A DNA stretch of 56,842 nt, from the IMG/VR virus record IMGVR_UViG_3300033182_000318, positions 1 to 56,842 of that record; one strand, written 5' to 3'. Source of the stretch: a virus (Duplodnaviria; Caudoviricetes). The notes beneath the pieces are model-generated. The model did not search any database, was not told the origin of the DNA, and saw only the letters and a list, made by a program, of their open reading frames with translations. This document shows positions 37,497 through 46,117 of this stretch, in pieces (position 1 is the first letter of the stretch; each line of letters opens with the position of its first letter). A program made the translations under genes and the position numbers.

Positions 37497-38882
37497 TTAA
37501 AGACTCCAAGGACTTTTCTCACGAACAAAATCAATTAATGGTGCTAACGCTTCAAACTTAAATCCACGTTCTGCCCATGCTAAAGCCATAGCAACCATAC
37601 TGTCAGGTGTGTGACCATTTCCAAAGATATCATCAAAACCAGCATATTTATGGTCTTGATACATACTTTCTATCATTGGACTTTGAATTAATCCACGCTC
37701 ACACGCAGAAATATATTCAGAAAATAAATTCTTTTTATTACTTCCAGTAATTACATAAGGAATTGAATCAACTGTTATATAATCTTCTACTACATTACCA
37801 ATACCAGTAGCATCATGAACTAATTTACCAGGATATTTAGCTAATCTTTGTTCAGCTTTTGCTACCATATCTCCCCAAGGTTCACGGTGTGTTCTTTCAA
37901 AAGCAACTACACGCCAAGGCTCAACATCAGTTCTTAATGTAACTATAACTGTACAATCTCTTTGTTTCGCCCAGTCCACTCCAGTTATGTAAGTGCCCTC
38001 CCCCATATATTTTTCGAACTGGTATTCTACACCGACTTCTCCAGAAACCTTATCGTGTGTTTGTAATGAAAACATTTCATCAACTTTCTCTGCTTCTATA
38101 GCTCTACCTTCAAATGAAGGCTCTTGCATATCAAACTCTATATCCCACATAGCTTGTGAAACTTCACTTCTTTTTCTTTCTACTTCAGAAGGTTCTAACC
38201 AACCATGTGGTTTAACTGTTTCTCTCCAACACCATTCATATACTGGATAACCTTTTTCTTTTGCTCGTCTAAGCATTTCTGTCATAGTTTTATCTGGATA
38301 TTGGTGTGTAGAAGAAGCAACTGTTTGTGTTTGAATACCATTCTTAGCCATTGGCTGTCCCTGTGCTGCTTCTAAGATATCTAGCTCCATTTCATCTATC
38401 TCATCTAGTCTTAATCTTTGTGGGTGCTGACCACGAACAGACCTTTGTGAAGCTGTTAAAGCTCTAATCCAAGCTCCTGAAGTTAAATTAGTTGAATATT
38501 TGTTTGGTGCATCTACTAAAAGACCTGTAGGTGCGTTTTTATGTGCCCATGCTTCTAAAGATATTTCATAAACACGAAGTGATTGTGCTGCTGAACCTCC
38601 TAGTACTGTTACCTGAGCTCCTAAAGTTACTGCTTCCGTCAAGGCTAATAATCCTAAAGTATTAGTTTTTCCTCCCATACCACGACTAGCTTTCCAAATA
38701 GAAAAAGGATGCCTACCGAAGTAAGCATCAGCGAATGCCTCAAATGGAGATTGGTGGTGTGGACAAATAGATGTTCTTGGTATGGATATTCCCCATAATA
38801 AACGAACTACTTCCCATAATTCATCATCATCTTGGGGTGGTCTGCCTAGAATTAGCTGTTTTTTTGTTTCTGTTTGTTCCAT
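37497..38882 (-). CDS. terL: Terminase large subunit
   Basis: SRGMGGKT; VRG...LRLDEIDE; nuclease GVDWAK...D; PDSMVAMALA. Confidence 0.85.
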   Translation of the reverse strand: MEQTETKKQLILGRPPQDDDELWEVVRLLWGISIPRTSICPHHQSPFEAFADAYFGRHPFSIWKASRGMGGKTNTLGLLALTEAVTLGAQVTVLGGSAAQSLRVYEISLEAWAHKNAPTGLLVDAPNKYSTNLTSGAWIRALTASQRSVRGQHPQRLRLDEIDEMELDILEAAQGQPMAKNGIQTQTVASSTHQYPDKTMTEMLRRAKEKGYPVYEWCWRETVKPHGWLEPSEVERKRSEVSQAMWDIEFDMQEPSFEGRAIEAEKVDEMFSLQTHDKVSGEVGVEYQFEKYMGEGTYITGVDWAKQRDCTVIVTLRTDVEPWRVVAFERTHREPWGDMVAKAEQRLAKYPGKLVHDATGIGNVVEDYITVDSIPYVITGSNKKNLFSEYISACERGLIQSPMIESMYQDHKYAGFDDIFGNGHTPDSMVAMALAWAERGFKFEALAPLIDFVREKSPWSL

Positions 38883-38893
38883 AATTAGTTAAA

Positions 38894-38956
38894 ATTATAC
38901 CACAGGTGATTTCAATAGCGTAGTGGAGGTAAACAGGAAACACTATGAAATCACCT
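38894..38956. promoter_or_regulatory. terL extended -10 promoter with adjacent hairpin
   Basis: Minus-strand TGGTATAAT 11 nt before terL ATG; AGGTGATTTCA/TGAAATCACCT stem 38904-38956. Confidence 0.55.
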
Positions 38957-39002
38957 AAATGTGTTATTATTATTGTAGCAATATATAAAGAAAGGGCTAC
39001 TT

Positions 39003-39413
39003 GTGTCAGATATTGAACTAACTAGCACGGTTTATGTGCCAGATAACTTAGCTGAATATGATAAATATTTAGTAGAGTTTTATTGTGATATTCCTTATGA
39101 TTATGATAATCCTACCGAAGAACAAGTGTTCTTTTGTTTAGGTCATTGGGATAATGAAGAAGTTTTATATATTAAAAAAGTTGTACCAATAAAAAACATA
39201 GCGGAGGATAAACAAAATAAATTTGAAGTTAATCCTCTCGACTATGAAAAATATTCTAATTTATTAGTTGCTATAATTCACACACATCCTAATAATAATG
39301 TTTTTCCTTCAGATGAAGATATTAAACACTTACCTAAAGATGTTATTGGTGGTATCTATCAACCTACAACAAACCACGTTATATGGTGGAATGCTTATAA
39401 ATTAGATTTATAA
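39003..39413 (+). CDS. JAB/MPN (JAMM) metalloprotease-domain protein
   Basis: E...HTHP....PSDED JAMM motif. Confidence 0.8.
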   Translation: MSDIELTSTVYVPDNLAEYDKYLVEFYCDIPYDYDNPTEEQVFFCLGHWDNEEVLYIKKVVPIKNIAEDKQNKFEVNPLDYEKYSNLLVAIIHTHPNNNVFPSDEDIKHLPKDVIGGIYQPTTNHVIWWNAYKLDL

Positions 39414-39414
39414 A

Positions 39415-39735
39415 TTAGCCTCTTTTTGTTCTTCTAGCTGGTGTTGGTGTAGTTTTTAAAGGACCACGCTTTGAAGCAGCAGCTCTAACAGCAGCTACGT
39501 TACTTCTAGCAGTAATACTTTGTGCCCTTAAAATGTTTCTAGCTCTTGTTTTAGCTCTTGCACCTTTGTTAGGGTCATTAACTGTAGCCTGTGCATTTGT
39601 TAATTGCTTGAACTTTGTTGCTCTTGCAGAACCAGCTTTGAAAGGGTTTCTTTTACTACCTCTAGCTCTTTGTTGTGCAGAACGTGTTGCACCAGAACCA
39701 GACCCAGCACCTTTAATTGTAATTACATTATTCAT
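39415..39735 (-). CDS. Highly basic Arg/Lys/Ala-rich protein
   Basis: 106 aa with one acidic residue. Confidence 0.6.
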   Translation of the reverse strand: MNNVITIKGAGSGSGATRSAQQRARGSKRNPFKAGSARATKFKQLTNAQATVNDPNKGARAKTRARNILRAQSITARSNVAAVRAAASKRGPLKTTPTPARRTKRG

Positions 39736-39771
39736 AGTAAGAACAATAGTTAGTGAAAAAACAAACGCAAG

Positions 39772-41193
39772 TTAGTCGTCTATATGTTTAGGCTTTGAAC
39801 CAGGTGCTAATGGGTCGTACATTTCTCCATCTTTACCTTCTTTTTTATCATATACAACACCACGTCTTTTGTGTGCATAGTTGTATAAATAAGTAGTTGG
39901 CATATCTGGTTTCACTCTTTCTTTAACTAAATTATGTCCTGGATTTCCTCCATAGATTAATAAGTGCTCTGGTTGTAAAGCATCCAAGGCTATCTTTGTA
40001 CAATTAGCTAATACTTGAATAGATTTCTCTCTTGTATCACGTTTTGGATTACCTTCTTCGGCATCTATATTCTGTAGGCAAATAGCTAAGATAGGTGGAT
40101 TTTTAGGTATTCCTAACATAGCTATATCCATTGATTGCTCATCTGCGAATTGAACACGTGGTATAACTTTTATTCCAACTTCTTGAAACATACGTCCTAA
40201 CCATTGTGCGTTATATACTGCTTGTAAATGGAAGGCTTTTGGTTCTGTAAAATAAAAAGAAAAGTCTGGAGCAATAGCTGTTTTAATTCCAGCACTAACT
40301 ACTTTCTGTATCATATAACCAGTATGAGTAATAAAGTTAAAGAACTTATGGTCATGTGTAAAGAAAGACATAATAGCTCTTTCATATGGCATACCTATTG
40401 GTCTTGCTAAACCATAATTCCATAACCAATGTGTTATACCATCATCTGGTGTTGCATCTCTACCTCCCCATGTATCTAATGGTTGTGGTAGTTTGTCTAA
40501 CAACATATCCCTTCTTAATTCTGGTATATCCCATCTATTGTTTGTAGGAAGAAAAAGTTTTTCATCATCTATCATTAAAACACTTTGGTCTATTTTATTA
40601 TCTAATTCGACATTATCGTCAAAGCCATCTTCTTCGTCATCATCTTCTGTTATACCGATATTAATATCTGTTAGTCCGTCTAATGTATCAGGTATTTCAT
40701 ATTCCCCTTGCTGTGGGTTAGATAAACCATCAATGTATGTATCTAAATTAGTATTACTACTTGTTAAACTATCAAATGTTTGAGTTAAACTTCTATCAAC
40801 AGCATCAATTATCATACTTACATCTTGTGTTGTATAACCAGTACCAACTGGGTTTTTAACATTTTTCAATAAATTAGCTAATTGACTTGTATCATATGAA
40901 GCTAAATCGTTTGTTCTGTTATCTGCTAAAACAATTTTAGAAGCCGATTCATCATCAACATCAACATAAGCTACTTGTATAGTTTCCCATCCTAAACTTT
41001 TTGCAGCCATCCATGTGTGATTACCAGCTAATATAGCGTTATCTTTTTTATTAACAACGATAGGTTTGTATTGTTTGTTTTCATTTAATGATTCAGCAAT
41101 AGCTTCAATGCTACCTACTCTAGGATTTCCTTTATATGCTTTTAAATCCGTAACTTTTACATCTGCTATTTCAATTACTCTGTTGTTTTCCAT
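39772..41193 (-). CDS. ParB/Srx N-terminal domain fused to DUF4417-like domain
   Basis: NPR...KPIVV...ILAGNHT...LADNR; C-terminal FFTHDHKF, APDFSFY, GIKVIP. Confidence 0.7.
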   Translation of the reverse strand: MENNRVIEIADVKVTDLKAYKGNPRVGSIEAIAESLNENKQYKPIVVNKKDNAILAGNHTWMAAKSLGWETIQVAYVDVDDESASKIVLADNRTNDLASYDTSQLANLLKNVKNPVGTGYTTQDVSMIIDAVDRSLTQTFDSLTSSNTNLDTYIDGLSNPQQGEYEIPDTLDGLTDINIGITEDDDEEDGFDDNVELDNKIDQSVLMIDDEKLFLPTNNRWDIPELRRDMLLDKLPQPLDTWGGRDATPDDGITHWLWNYGLARPIGMPYERAIMSFFTHDHKFFNFITHTGYMIQKVVSAGIKTAIAPDFSFYFTEPKAFHLQAVYNAQWLGRMFQEVGIKVIPRVQFADEQSMDIAMLGIPKNPPILAICLQNIDAEEGNPKRDTREKSIQVLANCTKIALDALQPEHLLIYGGNPGHNLVKERVKPDMPTTYLYNYAHKRRGVVYDKKEGKDGEMYDPLAPGSKPKHIDD

Positions 41194-41569
41194 TTTTCCT
41201 CCTACGTAATTCTAGCTCTCTTTTATAATTATGTTGTAATAATTTTCTTTCCTCTGGTGTATAACCACCAAATATTCCCATATCAGATTTAGTTATTATT
41301 GCAAAGTCTAAACATTCACGTTGTACTGGACAAGCATGACACACTTCTTTGGCATCTTCTTCTGTATAAAGATATTCTCCATCTACTTTTACTGTAGGAA
41401 AGAATTTGTTACTATCTTCACCAACACAATTGCCATTATTTTTCCAATCCCCTTCTAATAAAATTTGTATATCTGTATTACATTTCCAATCATCTGGTTT
41501 TTCTCGAATAAAAGAAGGTTGAAACTTTGGTATTAATTTACCATATTTAAGTTGTTCGTCTTCTTCCAT
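41171..41569 (-). CDS. whiB: WhiB-family Fe-S transcription factor
   Basis: C...FFP...CHACPVQRECL...GIFGGYTPEER. Confidence 0.9.
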   Translation of the reverse strand: MEEDEQLKYGKLIPKFQPSFIREKPDDWKCNTDIQILLEGDWKNNGNCVGEDSNKFFPTVKVDGEYLYTEEDAKEVCHACPVQRECLDFAIITKSDMGIFGGYTPEERKLLQHNYKRELELRRRKNGKQQSN

Positions 41570-42104
41570 TGATTACTTCCTTATCCCAACCGTATAATGC
41601 TATTCCTGTAGCATCACACATATCTTGGTTATGAAATTCTGTAGTTGGGTACATAGCTTTTATATGATTAGCTATGTCTTCTTTACTAGCGTTACCTTTA
41701 CCTATGGCTACTTTCTTCCATGTTGAATTATTAACTATTTGTACTGGTATGTTATAACGTTGTAGTGTATCAATAATAGCTCCAGCAACATATGTTTGAC
41801 TAACTGTAGACCAGACACCACCTTTACCAACTACCGCTCCTTCAATAACAGCGTAAGTAGTAAATTGTAAATCTGGGTCTAATTGAGTGACTACCTTATG
41901 TACAAAGCTAGTTCCTATTGTGATATGACTTGTGTCGAATTTTGTGCCTGGAAATGGCTGATAAAAGCAGTATGGTTTTAAGTTGGTTGGTTCTGTTTCT
42001 TCTTCTCCATGTAATAGCGTTAAAGCTAATTTACGTGCAGAAGGGTCAATTCCTAAAACTTGCCATTTGATACCCTTCATCCTGTTCTTGCTCCAATCTA
42101 GCAA
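41547..42104 (-). CDS. RuvC-like Holliday junction resolvase
   Basis: LGIDPS; IEG; WKK..GKGNASKE; DA.GIA. Confidence 0.8.
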   Translation of the reverse strand: MLDWSKNRMKGIKWQVLGIDPSARKLALTLLHGEEETEPTNLKPYCFYQPFPGTKFDTSHITIGTSFVHKVVTQLDPDLQFTTYAVIEGAVVGKGGVWSTVSQTYVAGAIIDTLQRYNIPVQIVNNSTWKKVAIGKGNASKEDIANHIKAMYPTTEFHNQDMCDATGIALYGWDKEVINGRRRTT

Positions 42105-42438
42105 CTGTTATTCTCCTAGAACCTAAATCCACTTGGGCTTTAAGAAGCTCTAAGCATGAACGCAGTTCCCCTGTTCTATATTTGTAGTGTTTACTTCCTT
42201 TGAGTATAACACCGTTGCTCTCTAATTGGTGCAATTTAGCCTCAATTTCTTTGGCTCGTGAATAGTATGCTGTAGCAAGTTCTAATAATGTATCAATACC
42301 ATCTTCAAGTGGTGCTGGTTTTCTACCAAATAATACATCAATATATTCTTGTATTTCATTACGAACTTGGTCTAAGTTTCTTAACTCATGACCTACTTTG
42401 ATTGCTTTAATTGCCATTTGGAAATTCCAAACATTCAT
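42046..42438 (-). CDS. Hypothetical protein
   Basis: Helical protein in recombination operon. Confidence 0.55.
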   Translation of the reverse strand: MNVWNFQMAIKAIKVGHELRNLDQVRNEIQEYIDVLFGRKPAPLEDGIDTLLELATAYYSRAKEIEAKLHQLESNGVILKGSKHYKYRTGELRSCLELLKAQVDLGSRRITVARLEQEQDEGYQMASFRN

Positions 42439-43171
42439 TTCTATAAGGACACATTTGATATTCTTTACCTTGTCTTAATCTGCATTGTTCTTTTACATCA
42501 GGATATGTAAAGAATAAAACACCATCTTCTAAAGATTGCATTTCTGCTTTGACTTCAGTTAATATCTTTGGGTCAGGATAAATTAAAAACTCTCTCCAGT
42601 CTTGTGTTCTTTTATCTTCGTAGATAACACTAAATAGTTTTATTTCTGGGTCTAAAACAAAATAAGTATGTATTTGTTTTAAGTGTATATCTTTAACTGA
42701 ATCAGTCATATAGCTTGTGCCTTTTAATTCAAAACCATATTTCCCATATTCTTTGCTAAAGCCTATACCATCTATAGAACCACCAAAGCTAGGATATTTT
42801 TCACTACTAACTTTAGTTTCAACATCTGTCAAAGCACCTGACATCAATCCCATCATTTGCCAACGAATATGTCGCCATGTTCCATCATTAAATAAATTTT
42901 GTAAAGTTGTATCAACCATATCTAACTTTTGAATGTCACCTGTATAATCAAACATTTGTTTTCTTAAACAACTTCCACGACTAGACGCACCAAATCTTCC
43001 TGTACGTTTTGAGTTAGAATTATCTGAAACAATTTCAATTAATTTATCTTGAATTGTTTTATCCGTAATAACAATATTTTTTTGTTCAGATAAGAATTTA
43101 TCAATTATTGGTGTAATAATTTTTTTTGTTTTTTCTAAATTAAGTTCTGATATTAAATTAGTTAGTGACAC
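42407..43171 (-). CDS. PD-(D/E)XK / Cas4-like exonuclease
   Basis: SSRGSC; GTWRH; GSIDG; ELK; C-terminal C...CPYRNEC. Confidence 0.75.
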   Translation of the reverse strand: MSLTNLISELNLEKTKKIITPIIDKFLSEQKNIVITDKTIQDKLIEIVSDNSNSKRTGRFGASSRGSCLRKQMFDYTGDIQKLDMVDTTLQNLFNDGTWRHIRWQMMGLMSGALTDVETKVSSEKYPSFGGSIDGIGFSKEYGKYGFELKGTSYMTDSVKDIHLKQIHTYFVLDPEIKLFSVIYEDKRTQDWREFLIYPDPKILTEVKAEMQSLEDGVLFFTYPDVKEQCRLRQGKEYQMCPYRNECLEFPNGN

Positions 43172-43610
43172 CTTCGTACCAACCTTTCTCTGGTGTCCAC
43201 CAGTAATAAGGTTTATCTGGTTTTTCTTTCCAGTTAAACTGTTTGTACCAATCTTGGTCTTTTCTTAATAGGTTAGCTCTATGTGAACTATGTAAGTTTT
43301 CATTGCCTAACCAATGTGGTTTCCATTTTGGTTTTTCTAAAGCGAAGTGTTCATACTTGTTTAGAACTTTTTCCATGACTGTATCGTTAAAGCCACGTTG
43401 TTTCCACTCATGACAAATCATAACTGTATATAAAACTAACCATTGCTCATGTCCTGTCCACATTTTAACAATAGGATGATTTTTCCAACCTGTTTGATTT
43501 TCTATACAGTTAAGTATTTGCATACCTTCTACCCGTTGTTTGCCTAATCTTTTGTCGTCTAATACTGAAGCACTTTTAACAAAGTCTTCGTATGGTAAAA
43601 ATGTTTGCAT
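43158..43610 (-). CDS. Pyrimidine-dimer DNA glycosylase family (MSMEG_6728-like)
   Basis: MQTFLPY...LDDKRLGKQRVE...HPIVKMW...SHRANLLRK. Confidence 0.85.
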   Translation of the reverse strand: MQTFLPYEDFVKSASVLDDKRLGKQRVEGMQILNCIENQTGWKNHPIVKMWTGHEQWLVLYTVMICHEWKQRGFNDTVMEKVLNKYEHFALEKPKWKPHWLGNENLHSSHRANLLRKDQDWYKQFNWKEKPDKPYYWWTPEKGWYEGVTN

Positions 43611-43741
43611 TATTTACCAGACCTTTTTCTTTTACTTTTAACAACTTTACTCATAAAGTTAGAACTATTATTTGCTTTAGTTAAGCCACGATATTGTCCA
43701 CCTTTTTTAGACTTCATAGCTCTACGTTCTGCTCTGTTCAT
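43610..43741 (-). CDS. Small basic protein (43 aa)
   Basis: Hand-translated MNRAERRAMKSKK; GGAGG RBS. Confidence 0.5.
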   Translation of the reverse strand: MNRAERRAMKSKKGGQYRGLTKANNSSNFMSKVVKSKRKRSGK

Positions 43742-43764
43742 TCTTCCTCCTGTTTTAATTCAGC

Positions 43765-43887
43765 TTATGCTTCTAGTTCTGAAGCACAGTAATCACACAT
43801 GTGTATGTCTCCTTGCTCTATATAGATACCACCATCATGGCTATGAAAGTGTCCATCACATCTTCCACAAATTAGTATACCACCCAT
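43765..43887 (-). CDS. Small Zn-binding protein (40 aa)
   Basis: Hand-translated CGRC...MCDYC. Confidence 0.45.
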   Translation of the reverse strand: MGGILICGRCDGHFHSHDGGIYIEQGDIHMCDYCASELEA

Positions 43888-44558
43888 TATAAATTATCTC
43901 CACCATTAACAATAGATTCTAAATATAATCCAGATATTTTTTGAAATACAATATCTAATGTTTGTAGATAAATAGGTGTTAAATTAAGGATAGAATCTTT
44001 CAACTCATCCGAATATAAGTGCTCGGTTAAATCGATTGCTTGTTCGTTCATTTCCTCATCATTATCACTAAAATTTATTCTTGTCATAAAAGAAGTAACA
44101 TTTTCTAAATGTGGTCTAGCAACTTCATTGTAATAATTACTCATTTGTTCTAAGTACCAATCTTTATCTGTTCCTTGATTTATCTTGTCACCAAACATCA
44201 TTTGTAGTGTTACCAAATGTCTGGATATTAAAACACTTCCAGCTAGAACCAACCAAACAAAAAATGTTACATCTGTAGATAATTGATGAGTAAATGCTTT
44301 GTATATATTACCCTCAAAATCATCTTGTTTCTTTTCTATTTCACCAGCTACTTTAGTGAAAGGTAAAACATTTGATTTTATCTCCCAAATGTTAGCGAAT
44401 GAAGGCGATTCATCTATTAATTGTGAAACTACCCTTAGATTTTTTTCTACGAATTGTAATATTTCTTCTACTTCTTCTTCAGAATCTGCTAATAATTTTA
44501 GTTTATCAACATCAACCTGAAACATAGCAAACAATTCGCTTCTGCTCATTTCGTCCAT
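43887..44558 (-). CDS. Hypothetical protein
   Basis: Likely start MDEMSR after AAGGAG. Confidence 0.55.
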   Translation of the reverse strand: MDEMSRSELFAMFQVDVDKLKLLADSEEEVEEILQFVEKNLRVVSQLIDESPSFANIWEIKSNVLPFTKVAGEIEKKQDDFEGNIYKAFTHQLSTDVTFFVWLVLAGSVLISRHLVTLQMMFGDKINQGTDKDWYLEQMSNYYNEVARPHLENVTSFMTRINFSDNDEEMNEQAIDLTEHLYSDELKDSILNLTPIYLQTLDIVFQKISGLYLESIVNGGDNL

Positions 44559-44977
44559 TATATCTCCTTTGTTAGCCAGACTTCTGCAACTAAGCCATTG
44601 CCAAATTTTATATGCCAAACAACTTCTTTGTTTTGTTTTTGTGCATACCTTAATGATTTTAATAGGTCATCTGATTTAAGTGTAAAACTTTTATCACTTT
44701 TTTTTACTTCTATTATGGATGCTTCATTTTCCTCAACTGCTTTACGCATACCATCATATTTTATATTACCTGCACCAGACATTGGTGTAGGTTTACCACC
44801 GTACTGTTTAACTGCTTTTTTCTCGTATCGTCTACCAGCTACTTGTGGCGTATCTATTTTCCAAGCAGGTTCGTTAGTTGTTTTCTTAGCTTCGCTACTT
44901 CCTTCGGATTCTCTATCAGATGAGTTTTGAAGTTTTGATATCCAACTATTGCTTTTTCTGCTGTTGCTATCTTCCAT
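44558..44977 (-). CDS. PD-(D/E)XK endonuclease / Hjc-like resolvase
   Basis: EKK..K..GG...PMSGAG..KYDG...IEVK. Confidence 0.65.
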   Translation of the reverse strand: MEDSNSRKSNSWISKLQNSSDRESEGSSEAKKTTNEPAWKIDTPQVAGRRYEKKAVKQYGGKPTPMSGAGNIKYDGMRKAVEENEASIIEVKKSDKSFTLKSDDLLKSLRYAQKQNKEVVWHIKFGNGLVAEVWLTKEI

Positions 44978-45852
44978 TTTTTAACACCTTCTCTTAGTAT
45001 CAAATCTTTTTCTAATCCTACACTTATTATAAATGCTAATTCATCTATTGAGCCATTTTTTAAATCAAAGTCAAAGAATATTTCTCTATATGGTTTAGAC
45101 ATTTTAGATTTCTCTATCTTAGCTCTAATTTTCTGAACAGATATTTGTGTAGACTTTACTGTTTTTTCTCCATCCCAGATGTCCACAGTTTCTGTTTCTT
45201 TCCCTGCTTTTCTGAGAGCTATTCGATATGCTGCGTAGAAAGGCAAGGCTTTTCCACCTGGAACTGTTTCTGGATTACCAAAGATTTGTCCTACGTTGAG
45301 CCTGGTTTGATTAATCATCAATACTGCTGTGCTCTTATTTGCTGCTGTTAATTTTCTTAATCCTTTTGACATTAAAGCTGCAAGTCTAGCTGGTTGATGA
45401 TTGACACCTTTTTCTCTTTTATCTTCTTCAGATTGTGGTAATAAAGCTGCGACACTATCCCAAACAATTAAATCTATTTCTTGTCTTAATAAAACTTCAG
45501 TAACATCTACTGCTTCTTCTCCATTTTGTGGTGTTAAATAAATTAGTTCTTCAACATCTACACCTAAAGACTTAGCCCATTCTGGGTCAAATGAATGCTC
45601 TGTATCTACTAAAGCAGTAGTCCCTTCATTCTTTTGCGTTTCTGCTATTGCTTTATACGCAACATAACTTTTTAATGTAGAATAATCTCCATAGATTTCA
45701 GTAAACCTATTCTTAGGTAAACCTCCATCTAATAAATAATCTACAGGTAAAACACCTGTTGGTATTCTTTCTATCTTTACAGAAGAACCCATTGTTACTG
45801 TGTCTTCTCCTAGTAATTTATTTAATTCTTTTGCTATTTCGTTAGCTTTCAA
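44854..45852 (-). CDS. recA: RecA-like recombinase
   Basis: IPTG...GGLP; DTEH; DSVAAL; INQTR; PETVPGGKALPFYA. Confidence 0.9.
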   Translation of the reverse strand: MKANEIAKELNKLLGEDTVTMGSSVKIERIPTGVLPVDYLLDGGLPKNRFTEIYGDYSTLKSYVAYKAIAETQKNEGTTALVDTEHSFDPEWAKSLGVDVEELIYLTPQNGEEAVDVTEVLLRQEIDLIVWDSVAALLPQSEEDKREKGVNHQPARLAALMSKGLRKLTAANKSTAVLMINQTRLNVGQIFGNPETVPGGKALPFYAAYRIALRKAGKETETVDIWDGEKTVKSTQISVQKIRAKIEKSKMSKPYREIFFDFDLKNGSIDELAFIISVGLEKDLILREGVKKWKIATAEKAIVGYQNFKTHLIENPKEVAKLRKQLTNLLGK

Positions 45853-46117
45853 TTTTCACCTCTATTTCAATAGTTGCTTCTGATGGTGGAATATCGTTAT
45901 CATTCCAAAACTGTAAAAGTTTAGATGTAATAAATGTTTGTATTGCTAAAGTAGTATCGTCAATAGCACGTTTAGAAAATGTAACATTGTTTTGATTCAT
46001 ACTTTCTAAAGACTTTTTTAAATTTATCTTTAGTCTGTTATCTTTTGTTTCGCCAAATTCTTTGAACATAGCAGAAAAAGTATCTTCGTTTAAATCAATA
46101 AATTCATCTTTACTCAT
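45842..46117 (-). CDS. Hypothetical protein
   Basis: 91 aa; coupled to dnaE. Confidence 0.55.
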   Translation of the reverse strand: MSKDEFIDLNEDTFSAMFKEFGETKDNRLKINLKKSLESMNQNNVTFSKRAIDDTTLAIQTFITSKLLQFWNDNDIPPSEATIEIEVKIES

